Shown: positions 35,977-48,228, numbered from the whole stretch's first letter. The stretch is 63,895 bases of DNA, filler included, from Cladosporium halotolerans (GCF_011745625.1; 26 parts of 26 records of this genome joined end to end with filler, not necessarily neighbours in it), one strand, 5' to 3'. Translations and numbers: made by a program. The notes: a model not told the origin generated them from the letters alone.

Positions 35977-38042
35977 TTCGCAGCATCGATCCATGCCGGC
36001 CGACATCCCCAGTGCCTTTCGAACCAGGCCATCTTCAGGTGAGGATGGAGGAAGATGGCCAGCCTGTATGCGGAGGTCTTGTCCGACAACCCATAATACT
36101 TGTCGAGCTTCTTCCATCCGAGGTTGATACATGCCTTGATGTGACTACTTGGCTCGTACCTGTACCTTTCCCTGAGCTGTTCAAACTCCCCTAGTAGGCC
36201 GTCGAAGGTCGCCAGTTGTTCCCATAATGCATGCTTCGTATCGTTGTCTGCTTGCAACCTTAAAGAGGCATGCTTCAAGGGTGATAGTACCTCAAGCAGT
36301 CGCTCCAACTCCGACCAGTCGGCAGCATCAAGGCAGTCTGAAGAGGAAAGTCGATCGGAATCGCTCAGTGATCGGAAGTGTGTTTGGTACAGCTCAAGGG
36401 CGTCCCGGAGCTTCATGGCGCGCTCGATCATGTCGCAGCTGCTGTTCCACCTGATGCCGCCGTTGACAATCACTCGATAGATGCGGCCGTCGTCGGCGTC
36501 GGCGTCGACGTTTTGCTTCATCTCAAAGAAACGTCGACGTTTTGGTGTCTTCTGGATGTGGGTGACTAGGTTGTGGAGTTTCCCGACAGGGCCTTTGCGA
36601 CGCCACGTCTGAAGAGCCTCTTCTAAAGGCTCAGACCGCACAACTGCCTCGAGAGCGGCTACATGGCGGCTGTCCGAAAGGCAGTCTTCGCGCTCTTCCT
36701 GATCGATTGCATCGTTATCTGTGCCGTAAAGCACCGCCTTGGCCACGAGATTGATCACATGGGCACCGCAGCGCAGACGGTCGTGTTCTGGATCAATGTC
36801 TAGACTACCGCTCAAAACCCTGATCGCTCGGTCGTTTGCAGTCGCGTTGTCTGCCATGAAATACTCCACTTTTTCGGCAATGTCGAAGTCGTTGATCACC
36901 CGTAAGACCTCCTCCGCGATGCTTTCGCCGCTGTGCGATCCCCTCGTGTCGCGCAGACCGAGAAGTATGGCGCGCGGACAGAGAGAAGCATCGAGGTAAT
37001 GGGCAGTCACTCCGAGAAAATCCAGGCCGTTGTCAGCGGTCCAGTTGTCGAAGGAAATCGTTATGCTACTCGCTGCCCGACTTAAGGATTTTTCGATTTT
37101 CTCCTTGGCACCAGATGCTGCTTGCATGATCCAATCTCGGATCGTATTTGCGCTGGTCGGGACCAAGTTTTCTAGTCGGGGGTTTTGGAAGGTTAGCAGG
37201 AATAGATGTGATTGCGAGCTCGCCTGTCGTAACGATTGGTTGGTCGTCACTGCCCATCGGACGAAAGCATCAATCCATCCTTTCTCGTTGAAAGTCGAGT
37301 GATCGGCCGTGTGCTGACGATCGACGTAGTCAAGCAAAGAGCCTGCTCGACGCTTCAAACCTCGGTGCATCTGTTGTCCTTTGAGATCGAAACCATGTCG
37401 CTCCATGTGACGTCGTGCCGGTGTGGTCGAGGCAGCTGCGAGGATGTAGTCCTTATGCGGATGATGCACGGAGTCGGCATGACATATCGTACAGAGCCAA
37501 ACGAGGCTGTAGTCGCTGTCTCGTATCAACGCCTCTCCGTGTTTCCATATCCAGCTTTCCCGCGGCTTCTTCGAGGGCGGTGCGGGCGCGTAGCCACTCA
37601 GGTCCGTGCCAGTAATTAGCAGACTGCCCTCATTTTGCCGTCTGCGCTGCGAGAGTGCAGTGCATGGTTCCGTTGTACTCAATGATGTGTCTGCCATCGT
37701 GGCGTAATTCGCAGTGAGTGGTTGGCTTGTTCGGCGGCGCTTTGTCGAGTCGGGCACAAAACTGCGGGACTCGCGTGTCGCCGCGTCGCGTGCGTTGCGC
37801 GACAACCAATCAGAGGAGCACGGGTCCCGGCTGAGTCTTAATAGGGTCAGGGTTGGGGTTAGGGGACGAGATTTGGAATTGATTACATTCAATGCCAAGA
37901 AAGGTACAATGTCTGCAGACTGTCTGCAGACAACAAGAAAATGTCTGGTCTGCTTATGTGATAGTATTGCCGTTGTCTGTTCGTCTGATTACGTGATCAG
38001 ACAGACAGACTGTCTGTCTGTGTCTGTCTGATGAACACCCTG
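35977..38042 (-). mobile_element. 5' part of a hAT element (TIR CAGGGTGTTCATCAGAC at 38042); transposase from ATG ~37697, interrupted at 35976
   Basis: SWIWKHG, WLCTIC..HMERH, SFDNWT, ADNA, RCGAH, IRWNS; AGAC subterminal repeats; dimerisation domain missing. Confidence 0.92.
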
Positions 38043-41000
38043 AATTGGTGAAGCACGGGATCGGTCTGACTTCCCTCTCGGAGTTTCTCGAGCAGATCAC
38101 CCTGCCGCGGCGGTGACAAAGAGTGACAGGCAGAGTCCGGCCGACGGTGTAGTGCGGTCAGAACAACATCTGCCTCGTTATCGCAAAAGTTCCTGAGGTC
38201 TTTCAAGAAACTCCAGTCCAATCNNNNNNNNNNNNNNNNNNNNNNNNNNNNNNNNNNNNNNNNNNNNTTAATTAATTAANNNNNNNNNNNNNNNNNNNNN
38301 NNNNNNNNNNNNNNNNNNNNNNNCACCTCTGCAATGCGACAGGCCGCAAAACATGTCCGTCGGGGCATCCGGCGTCCATGGCCGTCAAGCGGAGCTGAGC
38401 GAAAGTACCAGTAAAGCCGCGGTTTGGTATTGGGGAAAGCGTGCGTGGTGGCACGATCGGCTGTGTGGTGGCAAAGTTCGATGGCGCCGCCGTGCTTTCT
38501 GACCGGACGCCTCGTCGAAAGTACCGGCCCGATCACTGGCAGTTGATGATTTGTCAGGCCGTGACAGCCATTTTTCTTTTCCAACGCCGTTACCAGCAGG
38601 TGAGTGAATGGGCGCGCCGGTCTGCCGCTGCAAAAAGGCCCAGGCGTGTGTACAGATACCCCGGCGAACTACCAATCAAACTGCGAAACACGAGATCAGT
38701 CGAAGCGCCTTTATGGAGTAGCCGGCTGTCGCGTAGGATCTGGGTCTTGACAAATGTACCGTCAACCTTGGTCGCAAGCTTCAACGTGGCGCAGCACGAT
38801 ATCCACAAGCAACATCCACATGCAGGCGCCCGTCGAGCTCGCTTCGCGAAGCGCCGCTAACTTCGCCTAGACTCTGATCAAGATCCCATCGAGCAAATAT
38901 CAGCTGCCTCGACGGACTCGGGTCCAGGCCAACCGGCGTTATGGGAACAAATACCAGCGAGACTCCTAGCAAGACGTCCAACGAATTGACAACGAGAACA
39001 GAAGGGATGACTACGTGTAGGTTCAAGATGGCTTCCCTCCAGTTGCATGAAGATACAAAGCCACTGGTCTGCCTTGGAGGCATCCACAGGCGGCAAGTGG
39101 GTCGTCGAAATGAAACTTCCCATAAGCCGCCAGGGCGCAAAAACAACCAAGACGACTCACTCTGGAGCCATGCAATTGTTTGGACACGGTCGACGCTGGC
39201 AAACCCGCCAGCCCGCCGCGAGGCGATTTCAGATCCGGTGGGCAACTTCGGAACCCTTTACGCTTCCCCGATCGCATCCGCACCATGCGCTACAACAGCA
39301 CTACGCACTATGCCCTGGCCCAATGACCCAGTTTAGCAATCGGCGGTCCCGCATCCTTCGCATTGACCTGAGCCAGGCTAGCCGCGTTGAGTGAAACCTC
39401 CGAAATTCGGCACGTGCGACGCATTTCGCCCGCTCAGGCAAGCGCAACCCTCGTCACCGTGAAGCTTCCGGCCAGTCTGCCCTGAGAGCGGCGCAGCATT
39501 GGTGCATCACTGGCATGACGACAGCAAGCCGGGCTTCATCAACCTTTCGAGCTCGTGGAAACCGGGTCTGGCAGCGGACAGACTTCTGTGCTCGCATGTT
39601 ACCATAGCCCTAGCCGGTAAGTCTAGAGTGGTGCTGCCAGATGGCGAAGCTCCAGGGCGCTGGACATGGTAGCTTTCGTGCCAAGTCTGAACAAAGAAGT
39701 CGGTTCGCCGACCAGTGGTGAGCGAGGCCGAAGCCTGCCGAAAATGCGCTCGGTGCGTCGCCAGTGAGGCCAACGGCGTTGCCAACCAGCGATGGCCAGC
39801 TCCACCTTCGAAAAGATCAAAAGCTGCTCTTCCCAAAGACCGAAGACCTTTTCCTAGCGCCAGGCGGCCACAGTCATCAAGGTGATGGTTTGGACGGGAC
39901 AGAGGGGCCGCGTGTGCGGCAGGCTGCGGCACCCTCGGTGTGGACATACTAATCTTCCTTCACATGCCCTGTTCGTGGCACCCGCGCTGAAAGTGAAGCC
40001 GCCCGAAACTGACGCTCCGTCTCTTGGCGCTCGTTCGCCCCATCGCCGGCGCATCGGTAGACTCGGTAGGCGTTGGAATGCCGTTCCAGTATCAAGCCCG
40101 ACCGGCTCCATGCTTGAGCGACCCTGTCAGCCAAAGGCCAAGAAGCCCCTGCGTGGTTGTGTAGCTACCCGACAGACGCGTCGACGACGGCGTGCGCTGC
40201 AGGCCTTGGTCTGGACAATCATGATCGTGGCCAGTGAGATTAGCATCTGGGACGTTCAGCCGCGTGAGCCGCTCGACTTTGGACGCGAAGGTCAACATGG
40301 AAGACGAGAGAGGAAGTGGTATGAGAAGAAACATGATGTTGCCAGCGATACCAGAGGGTGTGCCGCCCGAGTTGGTCCACGTTGGAAGTCGAAGTTCAAC
40401 AGGGAAAAGGAAGAAATAGAAAGTGGGATGAGAAGAAACAAAAGATGTGGCCAGCGACACTCAAGGGTGCGCTCACATGGCTTGCTTGACTTACTGTCCT
40501 AGCCGCAGCGGTAGCGTCGCGCACGGGTGCCCATCCGTTCTCTGGAGAAAACGGATCGGTATCCGTGCGCAGCAGCGCCCGATCGCAGACCATTGCCCTG
40601 AGGCAGCTCAGTCAATCTCGACGAACGCTGAGGCAAGCGATATGTCGGAGGCGGTCGCACGCNNNNNNNNNNNNNNNNNNNNNNNNNNNNNNNNNNNNNN
40701 NNNNNNTTAATTAATTAANNNNNNNNNNNNNNNNNNNNNNNNNNNNNNNNNNNNNNNNNNNNAGTCATGCTTCCGCCAGGGACGTGTGCCAGTCAGTCTG
40801 TTAGTCAGCGATAAGATCGCATTTGAACTCCAAGCGGGCGTCGAAGGTTTAGACGTGCGTCCTCGGCGGCACCAGGCCACCTGACCAAATCGGAGAGCCC
40901 GAGGCCGACTTTTCCAAGGGAGTCTGCAAGAGGCCTGACAAGGTTGCCTTCGGTTTACACCCTTGACATCGGGCGCTTCCGGGCCTGTGGAAGGAGTACG

Positions 41001-42479
41001 GCCGCGGCGTGACTTTCGGGAATAGTAGACCTGTCCTTGCAGCGTCGCCAGAAAGCAGCAGGTCGCGATGCCATCGGCCTGACCCTACCTTGCGGACGTT
41101 GATCGCTGGCGTCGCATCGACCGAGGTGATGAGAATCGCGCGATTCGTGGCTGAATGCCATCCACCACGATGGCAGGCCTCCCCTTGGGGCACCAGCTCG
41201 GCCAACACGGCGGGGCCGCGCGTTCCGTGACGCAGCATTGGCTTCAACGATGGCAGGCCTGTCTGTCAGACGTCATATTTGCCATCGCTAAGCGCAGTGA
41301 AAGATACACCTGGCGCTGTTCATCATCTGCGCTGCCTGATACATATGCCGAGGCGCTAGGCATTAATTCCCGTTTGTCCTGACTCACGCTCGGCAGTGGT
41401 GGACCTGACGACTGATCGGCACATGAATCAAGACCTGACAGTCAATTGCCGGACTGAGTGTGAGCTTACCTGCACTCGGCTTAGAGCCAAGGTGCGGAAG
41501 CTGCCGTGCGGTGAGCTTACAACAACGACATCGCAATTCTGAACACCGATTTCGCATTCGAGTGTACGTGCGCAAAGATGTTTCTGCTACAGTAAACCAC
41601 CTACGCTTGATGCTTCTGCTATTTCGGAGAACATGACTTCACGCAAGCCCACGAGCTCTGGCATATGGCCGTGATGTGAACGTGCGGCTTGGATTCTGCG
41701 CGTCATGTGATGCGCGGCACAGACAACGATACTTGAAGAAGGGAAAAGACGACTGGTGTACTGCAAGCGGACGCTGGTCCTACCTACTAATCGTGTCTTG
41801 TGTCGTGGCAGGTTGAAAACGCCAACCCCCCATTGAAGCACTACCTCTTGGAGCGCCGGTTCCTGACTTGAGTCGACGTGCGGCGAACTTGACAGCTTGC
41901 TCCGACAATTGAAGCTCCTGAGTCCTGGTTAGCTATACACAATGCCACCAGCACCTTTGACTTGGTCCGCAACCCACATGCTCCCACCGCGGTGCACTTC
42001 ATAGCAGTACCTAGCGGTCGTGAGGGGTCTTCGATGACCTGTCACACGGCGCGGTCCAGTGAAGACGCTGGCGAGGGACGGAAGGAAGAAATGAGAAAGT
42101 GGAGGAAAAGGAAATGAACCAAAAGGTGGAGGGGAAAAGGTGGTGGTTGCAAGGCGCTTGGCCTCCGCTCTAGGTCGCTCAGGTAGCGTCGCACGGATGC
42201 CCATCCGTTCTCTGGAGAATACGGCTCTTGCTCCGTGCGTATTAGGCTCGAGACTGCAGACAGTGCGAAAGCTGCCAAAACACGCTTCACGGAGCTTCGT
42301 GACAGAGTGAGGTCGAAGAAAACGCAGCTCCCGCTGTTTACGAACTGGTGTCGGTGGAGCTTGCGCTGCAGCGGTCAAAGATGAGAACAACGACAGCGGC
42401 GGCGAGACTGACGGCCGTTGACGGTGTCGAGGTCGATGTCGCGGAGCTCTGGAAGCATGGAATCCAAAAGGTATGGCAT

Positions 42480-43081
42480 GGGAGGATGGAGTTAGAAACC
42501 TACTTTCGAGGCTGGGCCGCGAGGGAAGTCTTGACCAGCCCTGGCTGGCTGCAATGAGTCTCGGCGAGTCCAATCGGGATCCTTGAACGGATGGTGGTAC
42601 GCGTACGCCCTCCGACGATGCTGACATGACATGGTACTGCACAGTATGACCATCATGTGTGTCCCTCCTGCCTTCCTCCTGCCTTCCTCCCTGCCTTGCT
42701 CCCTGCCTTCCTCCCTGCCTTGCTCCCTGCCTTGCTCCCTGCCTTGCTCCCTGCCTTCCTCCCTGCCTTCCTCCCTGCCTTCCGAACTGACGTCCTTCCT
42801 ACCCTTTCCCTGCCTCCACGTGGTCGTCTTTCGCGCCTTCTTGTTGCCAACTTCTTTGTCTCCTGCCCCGCCTCCTCTTCCTCCGTGCCCTATCCCTTTC
42901 TTGGCCCGTTCCTCACCCTTTTCTTGCCTCCCTGCACTCTTCCCTTTCCTTTTCCTTTCCTTTCTTTCCGTCCACTTCCATGCCTTTCCTCCCGCCTTCC
43001 ACTTTGACCGCTTCTCTGCCTCCTCTTCTGCTTCGTTCCCTGCCATATTCCCTGCCTTCCACTCCGATCTCTTTCCCAGCC
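42480..43081. repeat. Paralog of the 19960-20975 tract (pyrimidine strand) with a 12-bp CTCCCTGCCTT(G/C) expansion
   Basis: Alignment by eye; tandem run at ~42675-42782. Confidence 0.8.
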
Positions 43082-43182
43082 NNNNNNNNNNNNNNNNNNN
43101 NNNNNNNNNNNNNNNNNNNNNNNNNTTAATTAATTAANNNNNNNNNNNNNNNNNNNNNNNNNNNNNNNNNNNNNNNNNNNNC

Positions 43183-45330
43183 AATATATTTTATGTGTAT
43201 CTGCCCGTGCGCCACAAAGTTGTGCGCACGAGTAATGTGGTCTTCGACGAGACTCGGTTTGACGCCAACGACGACGATACCCTCGTCAACGAGGATGAAG
43301 ATACCAATGGCTATATCGATCCAGAGGAAGAACTCTATGATGCTGCACCAATTGCCTCTTCAGGGGGTGGTGTAGGCATGGAAGAGCCACTGGTGCCGAT
43401 TAGACCTGCGTCGTACTCCGGACCGCAAGATGTTACTGAACCCGAGTTCATTGACACCGGTATGCCGGATCCTGGTCACCGATCGTCTGCTCCGCGAAAT
43501 GAAGATGCAACTGAGCATCTCACGGTTGATGATGATTCGCCGTCAACCGCACCACGCCGCAGCACCCGTCATGCACATCTATCACAGAAGGCTCAAGAAA
43601 ACTTGGACCAGGGCAAGACGTCCTTTGGTCGAAGGAGCAATGTGAATCTGGTGAGGCGACTACATCAAGTCTACATGACCTCTGTCGTAGGCAATGTTGG
43701 CTCGCAACCATCGAGCCTGTCAGCCAAGGATATCGTTAACCCGAAGACATATGCTGAGGCAATTGCTTCGCCTCAATCTGAGGAATGGCTGGCAGCGATG
43801 GAGGAAGAGGTGCAGAATCTCAGGTCGAAAAGTACCTGGAAATCTGTTCACCCGATGCTGACACCGCACAATGCCAACATCATCGCAGACCGCTGGGTGT
43901 ATACCATAAAAGCTGATGCTGACGGCAATCCCACACGCTTCAAGGCACGGTGGGTTGCTCGTGGCTTCACTCAAAAGCACGGTGTCGACTACGAAGACAC
44001 CTATGCATCTGTCACCAAACCAGCTACGGTGAAAATCATGCTAGCGCTCGCTGCCAAGCTTGATCTTGAATGCAAGCAGTTTGACCTCGTCACTGCCTTT
44101 CTTAATGCTCTCATCAAGAAATATGAAATCTATGTTGAGATGCCACATGGGTTTGAGGAGTACGGCACAGACGGCACGCAACTCGTTTGCCTGCTGCAAC
44201 GTGCGCTCTACGGCCTCAAACAGTCGCCTCTACTCTGGTATGAGGAGTTGACAACATTTCTGCGTTCCTTTGGCTGTCGGCCATTACGGAGCGACCCCTG
44301 CCTGTTTGTGCATTCCGCCACAGGCGCCTTCATCTTGATATACGTCGATGATCTCTTGGTCTTTGCCAAGTCATACGCGACAGATGATCAAATTGCTGGG
44401 CTTCTTGCCAAGAAGTTTCCGATGAAGGAACTCGGGGATGTCACATGGTTTCTAGGATGCAGGATCATTCGTGACCGGTCGCAGCGCAAAGTCTGGATAG
44501 TCCAGGATGCCTACATTGGACGTATGGCAGAACGCTTTGGTGTCGTACTCAAGAAGCGCTTGACACCGATGAAAAGCGGGGCTGAATTGCGCAAGGCGCC
44601 GCCCGACTACACCGCTACGAAGAAGCTGCGCCATCACTATCAGGAGCTCGTTGGCTCGATGATGTGGCCAGCGACGATCACACGCGGTGATGTCGCCACA
44701 ACAGTGAGCAAGCTCGCAATGTACCTGGCCAATCCTACGCAAGACCATTTTGATGCCGCTGTCTGGTGTGCCGAGTATCTACTCCACACAAAGACAGAAG
44801 GGCTATGCCTTGGAGGCAATGATGGACATCCCACATTGCAGCTCGAAAGCTATGTCGATGCCTCATGGGCCGACAATGCAGACGACCGCCGATCCACGTG
44901 CGGTATTCTGTTCAAGTTTGGAGGTGGTCCAGTCTTTTGGAAGTCTGGGCGTCAATCCATTGTTGCTCTCTCGACCACAGGGTCCGAGTACATTGCAATG
45001 AGCGTTGCCGCAAAGGAGGCAGCGTCTCTACGCCGTCTTGTGTCCGAGATCTTGGACGAGGAGCAAGGAGCTATCGTCGTCCACGAGGACAATCAGCCGG
45101 CCATCGACCTTCTCCGCAAGCCACCCGGAGCCGATACCAGGACTAAGCACATGGATGTGCGACACCACTACATTCGCCAGGAAGTAGATCGTGGTGCAAT
45201 CAAAGTCGTCAAAATCCCCACGGAGCACCAAGCGGCCGATGGTTTGACGAAACCGCTCGACCGAATGAAGCATGCCAACTTCAAGAGGTTGTTCGGGATT
45301 GTTGATTGTCAAGAGCTCATCGGATCTTGA
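43183..45330 (+). CDS. Ty1/Copia pol, 3' part (RT + RNase H)
   Basis: VVFDE; FKARWVARGFTQ; QFDLVTAFLN; ALYGLKQS; YVDDL; YVDASWA; HEDNQ; TKHMDVRHH; ADGLTK. Confidence 0.97.
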   Translation, partial: NIFYVYLPVRHKVVRTSNVVFDETRFDANDDDTLVNEDEDTNGYIDPEEELYDAAPIASSGGGVGMEEPLVPIRPASYSGPQDVTEPEFIDTGMPDPGHRSSAPRNEDATEHLTVDDDSPSTAPRRSTRHAHLSQKAQENLDQGKTSFGRRSNVNLVRRLHQVYMTSVVGNVGSQPSSLSAKDIVNPKTYAEAIASPQSEEWLAAMEEEVQNLRSKSTWKSVHPMLTPHNANIIADRWVYTIKADADGNPTRFKARWVARGFTQKHGVDYEDTYASVTKPATVKIMLALAAKLDLECKQFDLVTAFLNALIKKYEIYVEMPHGFEEYGTDGTQLVCLLQRALYGLKQSPLLWYEELTTFLRSFGCRPLRSDPCLFVHSATGAFILIYVDDLLVFAKSYATDDQIAGLLAKKFPMKELGDVTWFLGCRIIRDRSQRKVWIVQDAYIGRMAERFGVVLKKRLTPMKSGAELRKAPPDYTATKKLRHHYQELVGSMMWPATITRGDVATTVSKLAMYLANPTQDHFDAAVWCAEYLLHTKTEGLCLGGNDGHPTLQLESYVDASWADNADDRRSTCGILFKFGGGPVFWKSGRQSIVALSTTGSEYIAMSVAAKEAASLRRLVSEILDEEQGAIVVHEDNQPAIDLLRKPPGADTRTKHMDVRHHYIRQEVDRGAIKVVKIPTEHQAADGLTKPLDRMKHANFKRLFGIVDCQELIGS

Positions 45331-45372
45331 ATGTCATAGAATGTGTATTTCCGCTGCACCGTTTCGGACAGC

Positions 45373-45480
45373 AAGGGGGTGTGTTGTGAAAGAGGGTCCT
45401 GCCCCTAAACACTGCAGCTGTTATCAGCTTATCTCGCGCTAATGTTTCAGGTTGGCTACATATATACAGTCCTTACCTCC
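45373..45480 (+). mobile_element. Copia PPT and start of 3' LTR
   Basis: AAGGGGG-TG followed by TGTTG at 45382, about 50 nt after the pol stop. Confidence 0.8.
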
Positions 45481-45581
45481 NNNNNNNNNNNNNNNNNNNN
45501 NNNNNNNNNNNNNNNNNNNNNNNNTTAATTAATTAANNNNNNNNNNNNNNNNNNNNNNNNNNNNNNNNNNNNNNNNNNNNG

Positions 45582-46160
45582 CTGACGGAGTACGTCGCAA
45601 CGCGCTGGTACCGGGCCCCGGAAGTCATGCTCTCCAGGTACGGCAAAGCCGCAGACGTCTGGTCGAGCGGATGTGTGCTTGCCGAGATGTTGGGAAAGAG
45701 AGTCTTGTTCCCAGGGCAAGGCTACGTGCACCAACTGGATTGCATTTTCGCCATACTGGGCTCTCCGACAGACGAAGAGTTGGCGTCTGGATACTCCGTC
45801 AAAAGCATTGACTACATACGGAAGGTGCTTCCAGTGAGGCAAAAACTGCCGTGGCGCGAGGTGTATCCCCACGCCTCCCAAGCCTCCCTGGACCTCCTTG
45901 ATCGACTCTTGACTTTCAGCACAGATAGACGAATATCAACCGGCGACGCCGCACGGCACGCTTACGTGCGAGGATGGGCAGATGAAAATCCGCAGTCGTG
46001 GGAACAGGCTTCCTCCCAGCGCGTTTTTGTCGAAAGCGAAGGCGATGGATCCGATGCAACGGCGAGGTGTGAGTATCACTGAATTCTAAAAGCATGTGGG
46101 GCTTACTTGCTGACTATTGCAAGGCGATCTTTTCAATGAGCTCATTCGAGTGTCAGACCG
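45582..46160 (+). CDS. Divergent TEY-type MAP kinase, C-terminal fragment (probable intron 46069-46123; 3' limit uncertain)
   Basis: LTEYVATRWYRAPEVML; DVWSSGCVLAEML; LGSP; LDLLDRLLTF..RRIS. Confidence 0.85.
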
Positions 46161-46640
46161 GTCCATGTGCTCCAGGTTAGTTTTGCAGCTCAGCGCAGGT
46201 CTCGAGGCCAGGGCTGCGTGCGACGCGGCTGGTTCGACAGAGCCTCTTGGCTCTGAGAAAGCAGCAAACACCACAATTTGAATTTGCCCTTAGGGTCTGT
46301 CCATAATCGCGATGCGAAGACGGCGGGTGCCACTTGGCAGCTGGCGTCGACACATCTTCGCCTGATCAATCGGAAGCTTCCTCGGAAGCATACAGTACAA
46401 GGCACGGGAGGATGTTTAAAACCACGCGTGACATTGCGGGGTGCTATACTGCAGTTTACGTTATCATGATCTGCTGTACAGCATCCAATTGTCCCCTTCT
46501 CGCGTCTTTTGACCCCCTTCTCGTTCCGCAAAAGTTCGTTTTCACTCCATCCGGCGACGAGCCTCGCGTCTGCCGTTCACGCATCTACTGTATACCAGCC
46601 GTCTACCAACGTGGCCAACTCGCAAGCAATTGAGTCATGC

Positions 46641-47102
46641 TTAACTCTCCTTTCCAGCAGCAACGAAAATTGTCCAGATGAGGCCTTGACCGGACAGCGA
46701 CAGAATAGACCTGACAAAGATACCGCCAGTGGTCTCGCAGGCTACGTATGCAACCACATACATCGTCCGAGTAACAAGATAAGCCAGGCTGAACAAGTTC
46801 AGCGATGCTGGCGAAAGTCCAACAAGATTTCCAGCCAGAATTGCAACCGCAAACATTGGTGCGCCGTGACCAACATCTTTCGCTGCCGCCTCAGCACGAA
46901 GTATTCGACCTCGGGTATAGGACGTGAGTGCAGGGTCCGAGTCGGCGACTTGGGCGAGGTTCCGGGGCTGACCGCACCCGACGGTCTTGCCCGTCGAGAG
47001 GATGTACGTGCACAGTGCGAATAGGTGCAGCAGCGAGCACATCATCCAGACAAGTGGCAGTATGTAAAGGGAGACATTGATATTTCCCAGCGAGACCGCC
47101 AT
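46641..47102 (-). CDS. MAPEG-family membrane protein (divergent)
   Basis: NVSLY.LP..W; PR; RILRAEAA; AILAGN; YLVTR.MY; hydrophobic segments. Confidence 0.7.
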   Translation of the reverse strand: MAVSLGNINVSLYILPLVWMMCSLLHLFALCTYILSTGKTVGCGQPRNLAQVADSDPALTSYTRGRILRAEAAAKDVGHGAPMFAVAILAGNLVGLSPASLNLFSLAYLVTRTMYVVAYVACETTGGIFVRSILSLSGQGLIWTIFVAAGKES

Positions 47103-47613
47103 GACGCAGTGGCGCAAGGTGTCAAACATACTTCCCGAGTCTTGCTAGAGGTCGAACGGAGATCGGAAGTAGGTTGAGTGGACGAGTAGCTGTAACGTCG
47201 ATGGCAATGGGCGAGTGGCTGCAGCGGCGATGACGATGGGAGAGTAGACAACGTGAGGCCCTTGCGCTTTGCAAGACGGGGAGTGGTGCGCGTGAAGAAA
47301 GTGAAAGCTGAGCCATGGGCGAGTGCGATGGTATTTAAGCACGCAGGTGGCTAGGATATCTGCCGGCGCCGAAAAAGGTGGAGACTTCTAGATCAGGTCA
47401 TTCGATCATGCCTAGCCCTAAAGAGGGGCCTGGTTTTTGAGCCTGGACCGTCATTCTCGTGTTGAGTTTGCATTATCACCACTGTACGAGCAGGACTGTA
47501 ACAGAATAGCATGCCTCAGATTTAGATACTAGGATGCTACAGTACATGACTCCAGCGTCCGTAGCCGCATATAGGCTTTCGTCTCTTCAGAATGCGAGTA
47601 ATTGGACGCTCAT

Positions 47614-47868
47614 TTAAGGTCTATCGACCTCAAGAACAGCCTTACCGAAGCTTCTGCCCTCGAACAGACTGACAAGACGCTGGGCGGCGTTGTCAATGCC
47701 CTTGGTGACGTCCACAGTGGCCTTGAAGATGCCACCGCCGAGCCATTCCTGGACCTTCTGCTGGTGCTCGACGGCGTAGCGCGGGCCCATGTTGGCGTCG
47801 TCTACGATGAAGCCGCGCATGGTCAGGCGTTTGGAAATGATCTGCATGAGGTTGCGGATCGGGTATTG
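47614..47868 (-). CDS. NADP-dependent MDR oxidoreductase (PTGR/LTB4DH-like), C-terminal fragment
   Basis: KRLTMRGFIV..GIDNAA....LFEGRSFGKAVLEV. Confidence 0.8.
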   Translation of the reverse strand, partial: QYPIRNLMQIISKRLTMRGFIVDDANMGPRYAVEHQQKVQEWLGGGIFKATVDVTKGIDNAAQRLVSLFEGRSFGKAVLEVDRP

Positions 47869-47968
47869 NNNNNNNNNNNNNNNNNNNNNNNNNNNNNNNN
47901 NNNNNNNNNNNNTTAATTAATTAANNNNNNNNNNNNNNNNNNNNNNNNNNNNNNNNNNNNNNNNNNNN

Positions 47969-48065
47969 CCACTACCAACCACTTACAGATCAAGTCGAAC
48001 CAGCACCAGCCAGCACCAACCAAACCAGCACCGCACCAATAAGAACCGACCCAACAACATCACTG
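47969..48065. mobile_element. Probable opposite end, or a relative, of the CAGTG hAT-like family
   Basis: Reverse complement CAGTGATGTTGTTGGGTCGGTT vs CAGTGCTGTTATTGGTTCGGTT (3 of 22 mismatches); shared ACCAGCACC repeats. Confidence 0.65.
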
Positions 48066-48228
48066 TAACTCACCACAGATCCTGAGCTTCTTTTCTCCCG
48101 ACAGCGACTGATGTTTATGACCTTGCTACCCTTATATCCCAGCAATGGCTTTGGCTGCTGCTGCCTGGATATAGCCGAATCCTGCTCACAACGCTAGAGA
48201 TCTAGGGCTGCTTCTGGCTAGTGCTTCT

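Noticed and set aside
38324..40300. Decayed F-box-like genes here and at ~18700-19100, ~32140-33100 and ~8800-9950
   Set aside because: Only faint LPPE-like echoes; not supportable without a profile search.
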